From contig CAZWKE010000015.1 in assembly GCA_964634205.1 (NCBI GenBank), positions 66 to 64,065 of the forward strand: a DNA stretch of 64,000 nt, given 5' to 3'. Within the stretch, counting starts at the first letter, position 1. Every line of letters begins with the position of its first letter. The position numbers were made by a program, and so were the translations under genes. This DNA comes from an uncultured Spirochaetaceae bacterium (GTDB lineage Bacteria > Spirochaetota > Spirochaetia > SZUA-6 > RPPD01). This document shows, in pieces, positions 1 through 8,780 of the stretch. The notes below the pieces were generated by a model that searched no databases, had not been told where the DNA came from, and was given only the letters and a program-made list of their open reading frames with translations.

Positions 1-930
1 TTTTGCCGCCGGGATCTCGTTAAACTCGATTCTCACGGGCACCCGCTGGGTGGTTTTGGTGAACTCCCCGATGGAAAAGGGTGGGGGAAGAATACCCGCA
101 CCCACGCGGCTGACCGTTCCTTTGAAGGGATAGCCGGAATACGCATCTACGTTGATCTCGACGGGGGCACCCACCTTGATCCGGCTGATTTTGGTCTCCT
201 CAAAATTGGCGGTGACCCAGATGTTCGCAAGGTTGTTCAGGGTAAAGATCGTCTGTCCGGGCTGAACCACATCACCCACGGAAAATGACCGTTTGGCAAT
301 GGTACCGGAAACCGGTGCGGTAATACGGGTGTTCAGCAGCTGGGTTTCGATTACCCCAAGCTGCGCCGTGGCCGTATCCACCTGGGCCTGGGCCAGGGAA
401 AGCCGGACACGGGCGGTGTCCGCGGACTGTGACGCGTGCAGGTACTGTTCCCTCGTTGTGGCCCCCGCGTTATAGAGGCCTTTTATGCGGCGAAAGTCGT
501 CCTGCGCCCTGGTCAGCTCGATCCGGGCCAGTACCTGGTTTTGTTTGGCGTATTCGAGCGAAGCGGCCGCCTGTGCCTCCTGCGCTTTCAGATCCGCGTC
601 GTCAAGCAGCACCAGGACTTGCCCGGGTGATACCGTATCGCCTTCGGACACCGGCAGGCTTTTGATTCTTCCCAGCATCTTGGCGCTGATATTTACATGC
701 TCGCCGTCGATGGCCGCGTCATCGGTGCCGACAAAGGTAACGGCGTCGATGATCAGGTATGCCCCGACCGTGACGACCGCCAGGGCCAGCACGCCCAATA
801 CAATCGCCCCGATCATCACCGGTGCTTTACGGCCTTTGGTTTTGAACAGTGACTTTTCCTTTGTTTCTTCTATGGGGGAACCTGTTGTCTGCGGCTTGTT
901 ATTTTCCCCCGCGGTTTTTGCTTTTCTCAT
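1..930 (-). CDS. HlyD/EmrA-family membrane fusion (periplasmic adaptor) protein of an ABC efflux system; partial, C-terminus lies beyond the window start
   Basis: Minus-strand translation from ATG (complement of 928-930) gives MKRKAKTAGEN...KAPVMIGAIVLGVLALAVV, a single N-terminal TM. Coiled-coil Gln/Ala-rich stretches follow, then beta-barrel/lipoyl-like motifs (TAPVSGTIAKRSFSVGDVVQPGQ). It lies immediately downstream of the two ABC genes on the same strand. The six-frame track lists only spurious plus-strand ORFs here. Confidence 0.8.
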   Translation of the reverse strand, partial: MRKAKTAGENNKPQTTGSPIEETKEKSLFKTKGRKAPVMIGAIVLGVLALAVVTVGAYLIIDAVTFVGTDDAAIDGEHVNISAKMLGRIKSLPVSEGDTVSPGQVLVLLDDADLKAQEAQAAASLEYAKQNQVLARIELTRAQDDFRRIKGLYNAGATTREQYLHASQSADTARVRLSLAQAQVDTATAQLGVIETQLLNTRITAPVSGTIAKRSFSVGDVVQPGQTIFTLNNLANIWVTANFEETKISRIKVGAPVEINVDAYSGYPFKGTVSRVGAGILPPPFSIGEFTKTTQRVPVRIEFNEIPAAK

Positions 931-941
931 GGTATTACTCC

Positions 942-2867
942 TTAGCCGGCCACGCTGTCCTGGACATACGCGCCGGTAAACTGGCTGTTGTATAGGTCGG
1001 CGTAAAAGCCGCCGCGGGCAAGCAGTTCATCATGATTGCCCATTTCGATGATGCTCCCATTGTTCATTACCAGGATCATTTCCGCGTCACGGATGGTGGA
1101 AAGGCGGTGGGCAATTACAAAGCTCGTTCTGCCTTTCATCAACACCGCCATGGCCTTCTGGATGTACACTTCGGTCCTGGTGTCTACACTTGAGGTCGCC
1201 TCATCCAGAATAAGGATGGAGGGGTCGGAAAGAATGGCACGGGCAATGGTCAAAAGCTGTTTTTCCCCCTGTGAGATATTCGAAGCCTCTTCCGTCAGTT
1301 CCGTATCATACCCGTCCGGAAGTGCCCGGATAAAGTGATCGGCGTGCGCGGTCTTGGCGGCCTGGATAATCTGCCGCTCGGAGGCGTCGGGCCTGCCGTA
1401 GGCGATGTTTTCCTTTATAGTGCCGTTAAACAGCCATGTGTCCTGCAGGACCATACCGAACATGGTGCGCATCTGTCCGCGGCGCAGGTCGCGGATATCG
1501 ATCCCGTCCACGGTAATTTTTCCTCCCTGGATCTCGTAAAAACGCATCAGCAGGTTTACCAGGGTTGTTTTACCCGCGCCAGTGGGACCGACAATCGCGA
1601 TCATCTGACCCTGCTTCACGTCAATATTCATGTTTTCCATCAAAATGTTGTCGTCTTTATAGCCGAACCTGACCTTGTCGAAGCGCACGTCACCCCGCGG
1701 TTTGCGGATTACGAGGGCATCGGGCCGGTCGGGGATCTCCTCTTCCTCATCCAAAATCTCGAACACCCGCTCGGCACAGGCGATGGTGGACTGGAGGATG
1801 TTCGCGATATTGGCGGTTTGGGCAATGGGCATGGTAAAACGCCGCGAGTACTGGATAAACGCCTGGATATCGCCGAGGTTGAGCGCCTTTTGCGCGGCCA
1901 GGATTCCCCCGACTACGCAGATCAGGACATAGCCGAGATTATTGATAAAGTTCATCATGGGCATGATGATCCCGGATACGAACTGGGCCTTCCAGCTTGC
2001 CTTGTACAGCCGGTCATTGATCCGGTTGAACTCGGTGATGGATTTTTTCTCATGGCCGAAGGCCTTGACGATTTTATGTCCGGTGAACATTTCTTCCACG
2101 TGCCCGTTTAACTGCCCCAGGTGCTTTTGCTGGGCGGCGAAGTTCTTTTGCGACATCTTGGCGATTTTCATAGTGGCAAAAAAAGACAACGGCAGGGTGA
2201 CCAGGGTGATCAGCGTCAGCAGAGGACTGATGGTGAGCATCATGATCAGCACCCCGATGATGGTAAATACCGAGGTAATGACCTGGGTCAGGCTCTGCTG
2301 CAGGGTGGTGGAAATGGTGTCGATGTCATTGGTAACCCGACTCATGATATCCCCGTGTGCCCGCGAATCGAAGAATTTCAGGGGCAGGCGGGCCAGTTTC
2401 TTACTGACGTCGGAACGCAGGGCATAGACGATTTTCTGACTGATGCCGGCCATCTGGTACTGCTGGATATAGGTGAACAGGGAACTCAGGGCATACAGTC
2501 CGATTAAAATCAGAATGGTTCGTCCGATAAAGATAAAGTCAATCGAGGGCATGGGCTGCTTCACAAAAACCGAAACATACTTGGAAAGCAGGCCGTCGAA
2601 CAGTTTGGTGGTCACCTGACCCATAATCTTGGGGCCCACAATCGTAAAGACCGTACCCAATAGCGCGAAGACAAGAATAAGCATCAGTTTCACCGCATGG
2701 GGTCTTAGGTACAGGGTCATCCGCTTCATGGTCCCCTTGAAGTCCTTGGCCTTTTCCGCCGGCGCGCCGCCCATCATGCCGCGCATAAAGCGCGGGTTTT
2801 GTTGCCGCCTGCCGCCCAAGGCCCTGCCCTGCGGGGACGACGCCTGTGTTTGTTTTCCGTCACTCAT
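942..2867 (-). CDS. ABC transporter permease/ATP-binding protein (MsbA/MdlB-like half transporter, subunit 2 of a heterodimer)
   Basis: 641 aa. N-terminal 6-TM domain. Walker A GPTGAGKTT, ABC signature ISQGEKQLLTIARA, Walker B ILILDEAT. Overlaps the upstream ABC gene by 4 nt. Confidence 0.9.
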   Translation of the reverse strand: MSDGKQTQASSPQGRALGGRRQQNPRFMRGMMGGAPAEKAKDFKGTMKRMTLYLRPHAVKLMLILVFALLGTVFTIVGPKIMGQVTTKLFDGLLSKYVSVFVKQPMPSIDFIFIGRTILILIGLYALSSLFTYIQQYQMAGISQKIVYALRSDVSKKLARLPLKFFDSRAHGDIMSRVTNDIDTISTTLQQSLTQVITSVFTIIGVLIMMLTISPLLTLITLVTLPLSFFATMKIAKMSQKNFAAQQKHLGQLNGHVEEMFTGHKIVKAFGHEKKSITEFNRINDRLYKASWKAQFVSGIIMPMMNFINNLGYVLICVVGGILAAQKALNLGDIQAFIQYSRRFTMPIAQTANIANILQSTIACAERVFEILDEEEEIPDRPDALVIRKPRGDVRFDKVRFGYKDDNILMENMNIDVKQGQMIAIVGPTGAGKTTLVNLLMRFYEIQGGKITVDGIDIRDLRRGQMRTMFGMVLQDTWLFNGTIKENIAYGRPDASERQIIQAAKTAHADHFIRALPDGYDTELTEEASNISQGEKQLLTIARAILSDPSILILDEATSSVDTRTEVYIQKAMAVLMKGRTSFVIAHRLSTIRDAEMILVMNNGSIIEMGNHDELLARGGFYADLYNSQFTGAYVQDSVAG

Positions 2868-4594
2868 GCAATCTCCTCCTCCGAAAGCTGGGAGGCCACA
2901 ATCTCCTGATATACCTTGCAGGTTTTGTACAACTCCTTATGGGTCCCCATTCCGGCCACACGGCCCTCTTCAAGCACAATAATCCTTTCGGCGTCCATGA
3001 TGGTGGCCACCCGTTGTCCCACGATCAGTACCGTGGCGTTCGCGGTTTCACGGCGCAGGGCGGCCCGTAGTTTGGCGTCGGTTTTAAAATCCAGGGCGGA
3101 GAAACTGTCGTCAAACAGGTAGATCTCCGGTTTGCGGACCAGGGCGCGGGCGATGGAAATACGCTGTTTCTGCCCGCCGGAAACATTGGTGCCGCCCTGG
3201 GTGATATACGAATCATAGCCGTCGGGCATGTCCCGGATAAACTCCTCGGCCTGGGCAATGCGTGCAGCCTTTTTCAGCTCGGCCTCCGTCGCCTGCTCAC
3301 GGCCGTAGCGGATGTTTTCCGCGATGCTGCCGGAGAACAGTACGGCTTTCTGCGGTACCAACCCGATCTTGGCGCGCAGGTGGGAAAGGGGCAGCTCTCG
3401 TACGTCAACCCCGTCGATCAGGATACTGCCGTGCTCCACATCGTAAAAACGGGGGATAAGATTGATCAGGGTTGATTTTCCGGAACCGGTGGAGCCGATG
3501 ATCGCGGTCACCTCACCGGGGGCAGCGGAAAAGGAAATACCGGAAACCGCGGGTTCCTCGGCGCCGTGATAGCTGAAGGTCACGTCCCGAAACTCGATAT
3601 ACCCTTTCTTCCGTGTTCCCGTAAGCCGCGGCTGCGGTGGTTCCTTGATTTCGGGCTCGGTTGCCAGTACCTCGATAATCCGTTCGGCCGAAGCCTGGGC
3701 CCGCGGCAGCATGATCAGCATCAGGGCGGACATCAGCAGGGCGAACAGGATCTGCATAGCATACTGCAGGAAGGCCATCATGTCGCCGATATTCGTGGTG
3801 CCGTGGTTAATGCGGATGCTGCCGAACCAGATGATCCCGATGGTGGTAAGGTTCATCACCAGCATCATGATCGGCATAACCACGGCCATCAGTTTGTTCA
3901 CCCGGATAGAGATGGTGGTCAGGTCGAGGTTTGCCTCCCGGAAGCGCTTCTTTTCGTCGTCGATCCGGTTAAAGGCGCGGATCACCCGGATGCCGCTGAG
4001 GCGTTCGCGCATAACCATGTTTATTTTATCGATTTTTTTCTGGATAGAGCGGAACATGGGGAAGGCCTTGCCGGCGACAAGGATAATGGTGCCTACCAGG
4101 ACCGGGATGACCACGATGATTACCCATGACAGGCCGGCATCCTTTGATACCGCCATGATAATGCCGCCCACGCACATAATCGGGGCATAGATCATCATCC
4201 GCATGATAATCAGGGTCACCATCTGTACCTGGGTGACGTCATTGGTATTCCTGGTGACCAGCGACGGTTTCCCCAGTTTGTCGAATTCATGCAGGGAAAA
4301 TCTGGAAACATGGGTGAATATTTTTCGGCGGAGAATTTCTCCCAATCCCATGGAGGCGTGGGATGCCAGATAGCTGGCCAGGATCGCGCATATCGAGCCC
4401 CCCAGCGCCAGCAGCAGCATCAGGCCGCCGGTCTGCATAATGTAGTTCACATCACCGTTTGTAATACCGGTGTTTACGATATCGGACATCAGGGTGGGCA
4501 GGGCAAGGTCGGACATGGCCCGGAAAAAGACCAGCACGCAAACCGCCGCCACGGGGATTGCATATGGTTTTAAGTAACGAAACAGTCGAAGCAT
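2864..4594 (-). CDS. ABC transporter permease/ATP-binding protein (MdlA-like half transporter, subunit 1)
   Basis: 576 aa. 6-TM domain plus NBD. Walker A GSTGSGKST, signature VSGGQKQRISIARA, Walker B IYLFDDSFSALD. Confidence 0.9.
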   Translation of the reverse strand: MLRLFRYLKPYAIPVAAVCVLVFFRAMSDLALPTLMSDIVNTGITNGDVNYIMQTGGLMLLLALGGSICAILASYLASHASMGLGEILRRKIFTHVSRFSLHEFDKLGKPSLVTRNTNDVTQVQMVTLIIMRMMIYAPIMCVGGIIMAVSKDAGLSWVIIVVIPVLVGTIILVAGKAFPMFRSIQKKIDKINMVMRERLSGIRVIRAFNRIDDEKKRFREANLDLTTISIRVNKLMAVVMPIMMLVMNLTTIGIIWFGSIRINHGTTNIGDMMAFLQYAMQILFALLMSALMLIMLPRAQASAERIIEVLATEPEIKEPPQPRLTGTRKKGYIEFRDVTFSYHGAEEPAVSGISFSAAPGEVTAIIGSTGSGKSTLINLIPRFYDVEHGSILIDGVDVRELPLSHLRAKIGLVPQKAVLFSGSIAENIRYGREQATEAELKKAARIAQAEEFIRDMPDGYDSYITQGGTNVSGGQKQRISIARALVRKPEIYLFDDSFSALDFKTDAKLRAALRRETANATVLIVGQRVATIMDAERIIVLEEGRVAGMGTHKELYKTCKVYQEIVASQLSEEEIA

Positions 4595-4601
4595 ACGGCC
4601 T

Positions 4602-5978
4602 TTACCTTATTTCTTCCTGTGCCACGGCCCGTGCCAGATCGGCGGCGGCGATCTTCACATCGATCTCGTTGTTGGTCACCGCAAAGTTCGCCCGCAGCAG
4701 GGCAAGCTGTGCCCGCAGCAGATCCAGGTTGTTGGCCGAACCGGCTTTATGCCGTTCCTGTGTGACCCGCAGGTTTTCCTCGGCCTGGTCCACCATCCCT
4801 TTCACCAGGGAAAGATCAGCGCGTGCCCGCTTGAAATTGAGGATGCAGGTGCGTACGTCAAGTACCACGTTGTTTCTTTGCTTCTGCGCATCGGCCCTGA
4901 TTTTATCGAGCGTATTACTCCCCGCGCGTGTGTCCGCCAGGGTTGAGGGGAGACCACCCAGGTCGTAGCTGATAACAACACCCAGCGACCAGGTGCCGGT
5001 AAACAGCCACGGGTCGGTCTGAAAGGCCATGCGCTGATTGGGGTCGGCCAGGATATAATTCCCCGTAAGCATTACCGTCGGGTACAGACTCGCCTGGGCC
5101 AGGCGTAGACTGTGCTCGCCGGTCTCCATGCTGATTAGCGAGGCCCGGGTTTCCGGCCGCTGTTTCAGGGCGGCGGCGATCAGGTCGTTCTCATCCAGGT
5201 TTTCGTTGAAGGACGGGCCTTTTTCCCGGTCCGCTCCGGTGGAGAGGGTAAGCGACCCGGTTATATCGGCCGCGGTATTGTTTTCTCCGATAAGCGTAAG
5301 CAGGGTCAGATAGGCCCGCTTCTGCCGCGACACCGCGTCGCCCAGGTCGATCTCCGCCTGCTTTACCCGCATGTCCGCAGTCAGTACGTCCGCCTTGGTG
5401 GCCGTGCCCAACGACGCCTGTTTGTCTACCAGTTCACGATTGGTCTGCAGAAGCTCCAGATTTTTTTTCAGTGTTTCCACATTGGCGCCGGCGCGCACAC
5501 ATTCCCAGTAAGCCCGCCGTACCTCGAATACCAGGGAGCGTTTCACCATTTCCAGGGTAAGCTGTTTACCGTCCGCCTGCAGCGAGGCAATAGCGGCGCT
5601 TTCCCTGATGCGGAACCCCGCAAAGACGGGGTACTGCAGGTTGACACTGAAGGTGAAGATATTGGTAAGTGACGGCGGTATGGAAAAGGAAATCGTTCCC
5701 GGCCCCGAGGGATTGTCCACCTCCATGGAAGAGGACGGCAGATCACTTAAGTGCTGGTAGCCCGCAGACAGGGTCAGGGAGGGAAATAGTTTGAAGGAGG
5801 CCGCGTCCGCCTTGGCCTGCGCTGCCAGCCAGTCCCAGTTTGCGCTGCGGATTCCGGGATCATTGGCCAGGGCGTCGGCCACCGCCTGTTCAAGTGACAA
5901 CACACGGCCTTGCGCCGCCAGCGGGAGGGCCGTGAAAACAAAAACACTATATATGATAAAATACAATAGTTGTTTCAT
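4602..5978 (-). CDS. TolC-family outer-membrane efflux protein
   Basis: 458 aa with signal peptide MKQLLYFIIYSVFVFTALPLAAQG. Two tandem OEP repeats rich in Leu/Ala/Gln coiled coil. Operon position between marR and the ABC genes. Confidence 0.85.
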   Translation of the reverse strand: MKQLLYFIIYSVFVFTALPLAAQGRVLSLEQAVADALANDPGIRSANWDWLAAQAKADAASFKLFPSLTLSAGYQHLSDLPSSSMEVDNPSGPGTISFSIPPSLTNIFTFSVNLQYPVFAGFRIRESAAIASLQADGKQLTLEMVKRSLVFEVRRAYWECVRAGANVETLKKNLELLQTNRELVDKQASLGTATKADVLTADMRVKQAEIDLGDAVSRQKRAYLTLLTLIGENNTAADITGSLTLSTGADREKGPSFNENLDENDLIAAALKQRPETRASLISMETGEHSLRLAQASLYPTVMLTGNYILADPNQRMAFQTDPWLFTGTWSLGVVISYDLGGLPSTLADTRAGSNTLDKIRADAQKQRNNVVLDVRTCILNFKRARADLSLVKGMVDQAEENLRVTQERHKAGSANNLDLLRAQLALLRANFAVTNNEIDVKIAAADLARAVAQEEIR

Positions 5979-5991
5979 AGGTTACTCCGTT

Positions 5992-6453
5992 TTAGTTTTG
6001 CGTATGAGGATGACCATGGTCCGCCGAATATTCCTTGTCCAAAAGCTCCAACAGAAAGCGTAAGTCTCCGAGCATTCGCTCTATCCGGTCCGACGGCATG
6101 GAGAGAAATATCTGTTTCAGCCTGGATTCCATGGGTTTCATCCAGTTCCCGATAAAATTCTCCAGCGTGGGGGTCGCTGAGATAATAAAACTGCGGCGAT
6201 CCTCCGGATCCAGGCTGCGGGTCAAAAGCTCCTGGCTTTCCAACCTGTCGATGATCCCCGTCAGCGTACTGGCCGGAATACCGATCCTTTCGGCAAGTTC
6301 GGTCACTCGGCTTGTCTTGCGTTTTTTCATGCTCACCAGCACAAAAATCTCAGTCATTGAAAACCCGGCGTTCCTGAATACGTCCCCCATCATGTGCCTG
6401 ATTTTGTGGCTGATCTGGTGAAACAGTTCAAACAACTGGATTTCATAGTCCAA
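5992..6453 (-). CDS. MarR-family transcriptional regulator
   Basis: 153 aa. Winged HTH SRVTELAERIGIPASTLTGIIDRLESQELLTRSLDPEDRR. First gene of the efflux operon and divergent from osmC. Confidence 0.8.
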   Translation of the reverse strand: MDYEIQLFELFHQISHKIRHMMGDVFRNAGFSMTEIFVLVSMKKRKTSRVTELAERIGIPASTLTGIIDRLESQELLTRSLDPEDRRSFIISATPTLENFIGNWMKPMESRLKQIFLSMPSDRIERMLGDLRFLLELLDKEYSADHGHPHTQN

Positions 6454-6708
6454 GGCTTCCTCTTTTCACGGAATTGCTTCTGCCGGAATCGGCGGCGGAA
6501 AAAATTCCGAAAGCAAATATTTTGATCCCGAATATTTCGAAATCGTAATAATTGAAAAATAAATAGAGCCCCGCGGGAAGTCAAGTTTTTTTCGCATGAT
6601 CTTTGTATGAAACCGCGAGGTTTCGCGGCACCACATATTTTTTATAACCTGTTCACCCTCCGCCTGAAAGCAGATATAGTATTAAGAAAAGCCCAAGGAG
6701 GAAGTTCT

Positions 6709-7134
6709 ATGCAGCATCACACAACCGCTACTTACGCGGACGGATTGAGTTTTGATGTTGAGCTCGATAATCATCACTTCATGATTGACGGCGACGAAGA
6801 GTTCGGCGGAAAGGACAAGGGGCCCAAACCGAAAAAGCTGTTGCTCGCCGCGTTGGCCGGATGTACGGGGATGGATGTGGTTTCCATTCTGCACAAAATG
6901 AAAATGCCGTTCGACCGGTTCTGGCTTGAGGTGGGGGCGGAGGTTGACGAACAGGCCAAACCCATCGTTTATACCTCGTTTGTGGTCAGTTACTGTTTCT
7001 CCGGCAGCAACCTGGAGCCTGAGAAGATCGACAAGGCCATATCGCTTTCAAAGGAGAAGTACTGCAGTGTTTCGGCAATGTTTCGCGAGTTTGCGGAGGT
7101 GCGCACGGAGGTAAAACTCAATCCGCAGCGATAA
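6709..7134 (+). CDS. OsmC/Ohr-family peroxiredoxin-like protein
   Basis: The ATG at 6709 is preceded by AAGGAGGA. The OsmC core includes ALAGCTGMDV with the conserved Cys. The track ORF 6607-7134 is an upstream in-frame extension. Confidence 0.75.
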   Translation: MQHHTTATYADGLSFDVELDNHHFMIDGDEEFGGKDKGPKPKKLLLAALAGCTGMDVVSILHKMKMPFDRFWLEVGAEVDEQAKPIVYTSFVVSYCFSGSNLEPEKIDKAISLSKEKYCSVSAMFREFAEVRTEVKLNPQR

Positions 7135-7843
7135 TATGGGATTTCAGTAACCGGCGGTATTCTCTCCATTCAGGCATAATCGAACTTACCAGGGCCCAGT
7201 ACTTCTTTGAATGGTCCCGGTGTTTTATGTGACACAGCTCGTGTACCGCAACGTACGCCAGGATCTTCGGCGGAAACTCGCTGAGCCGCAGGTTGAAGTT
7301 GAGAATATTGGTTTTTCCGCAGCTTCCCCAGATTCGCTTTTGTTCTTTTATGCGGATACCGGCAGGGTGGAGCCCAAGCTTTTTGCCGTATTTTTTGGTT
7401 ATGCGCTCTATTTCACACAGCATATACTCTTTTAACCAGACTTTTAACGCCTTTTTAACGGTTTGCTCCCGCCGGGTGCCGGTTATGGATGAAGGGACCC
7501 TGACTAAAAAACCGTTATCATACAGAACCGCGGCTTTTTTTACCCCGTCCGCTTCCACGGCCAGGGGCACCATGGTCCCCAAAAACTGCAGTCTGGCACC
7601 GTCGACATACCGTTCGGGTTTACGTATTTTGGCCTGTTTTACCTTTTCCTTCAGTTTTTGATACGCGGCCAACACCCGCTGCTTTTTTTTCTCGATAAAA
7701 TTATCCACCATATACAATGGGGTCCCGTAGGGGATAACCACCTCCACCCCTTTTGGTCTGATAATGATATGCATATACCGCGCACGCGGGCTTTTCCGTA
7801 ATGTATACGGGATTCGTTTATTATCTACTAGTATCTCGTTCAT
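7118..7843 (-). CDS. YgjP-like (DUF45/M48-family) zinc metallopeptidase
   Basis: 241 aa. HEXXH motif VHELCHIKH near the C-terminus, typical of the YgjP/SprT-like family. Confidence 0.7.
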   Translation of the reverse strand: MNEILVDNKRIPYTLRKSPRARYMHIIIRPKGVEVVIPYGTPLYMVDNFIEKKKQRVLAAYQKLKEKVKQAKIRKPERYVDGARLQFLGTMVPLAVEADGVKKAAVLYDNGFLVRVPSSITGTRREQTVKKALKVWLKEYMLCEIERITKKYGKKLGLHPAGIRIKEQKRIWGSCGKTNILNFNLRLSEFPPKILAYVAVHELCHIKHRDHSKKYWALVSSIMPEWREYRRLLKSHIIAAD

Positions 7844-7900
7844 AAACTATGCGAATAATAGCAGATGAACGGCTTTCTTGTACAGGCTTGGTACGCGTAT

Positions 7901-8587
7901 TTAATGTTCGTCTATAACTTTCCAGTTGATGGAATAGCCGATTTTGGCCGCGAGCGCCTCCATGTCCGCGTCGGTATGGTATTTCATGGTACCCGGGCTG
8001 ACCACAATCTGCCCGTTTTCAGAGCTGAATACGGTTGCCAGGTGATGAGCGGCCTTTACCTCCTGGAGGTTGTCGCCGGATTCGTCCTTCAGGGAAATAA
8101 CACCATTGCAGTCGCAAATGTAGGTCGTATCCTTGTCCGCACGGATATAAAAAACCGTCCCGCGCACGCCCATAACGGCGACATTGGTCCTTACCTGGAA
8201 CGCATCCGCATTACTCAACCTGTTCAGGTTTTTCAGTACCGAGGCAAGACTACCCTGCGCCAAATCGAGTTTTTTTACCTGCCCCGAAAAATCAAGCGTC
8301 ACCCGGGTGTTTTCCGCTATCTTGATGATATTTTTCTTGTCAAAAACTATTTCACATTCGGAAGCCGGTCCGGTAGCCAGGGTAGCGGTGGCGGGGACAT
8401 CGTCTCCGATACTGACCTGTTTTTGGTTCATGGTAACGGTCCCTTCGATGTAGATGACCTGGCCGCTTTTCAGCGTGCCGCGTGCCGTATTACTGCCTGT
8501 TGTGGTGCCTTGTTTCTGGCAGGCTGCGAACATGGCAGCCAGTATGAAGACAAACATAACTCCCCCCGTTATTCTGAATCGGTCCAT
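7901..8587 (-). CDS. FecR-domain lipoprotein
   Basis: Start taken at MDRFRITGGVMFVFILAAMFAACQ (lipobox AAC) with an AGGAGG RBS. The FecR-like block is VAVMGVRGTVFYI. The longer track ORF to 8689 lacks an RBS. Confidence 0.55.
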   Translation of the reverse strand: MDRFRITGGVMFVFILAAMFAACQKQGTTTGSNTARGTLKSGQVIYIEGTVTMNQKQVSIGDDVPATATLATGPASECEIVFDKKNIIKIAENTRVTLDFSGQVKKLDLAQGSLASVLKNLNRLSNADAFQVRTNVAVMGVRGTVFYIRADKDTTYICDCNGVISLKDESGDNLQEVKAAHHLATVFSSENGQIVVSPGTMKYHTDADMEALAAKIGYSINWKVIDEH

Positions 8588-8780
8588 GATGATACTTCCT
8601 CCTTTTTTTGAACTGGATCCGGGTGCTTTATTTACCTGAAGGTAACAGCGCCTTAGATATAATATAATGACGTGAACCCGGGTTAGCAAGCCCGCAGCGA
8701 TTCCAAATGTAAAGATTTAGAATCGCCGGCAAGTTAATAAGTGAGTAGAACACATACCGTGAAAGGTGTATAATCACCGT

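Noticed and set aside
6607-6708. N-terminal extension of osmC (track ORF starts at 6607)
   Set aside because: The ATG at 6709 has a strong AAGGAGGA RBS. The upstream extension (MKPRGFAAPHIFYNLF...) has no family similarity and would place the start inside the MarR operator region.
7865-8611. 248-aa plus-strand ORF opposite the FecR-domain gene
   Set aside because: No motifs, no RBS, and it fully overlaps a minus-strand gene with a lipoprotein signal and a FecR block.
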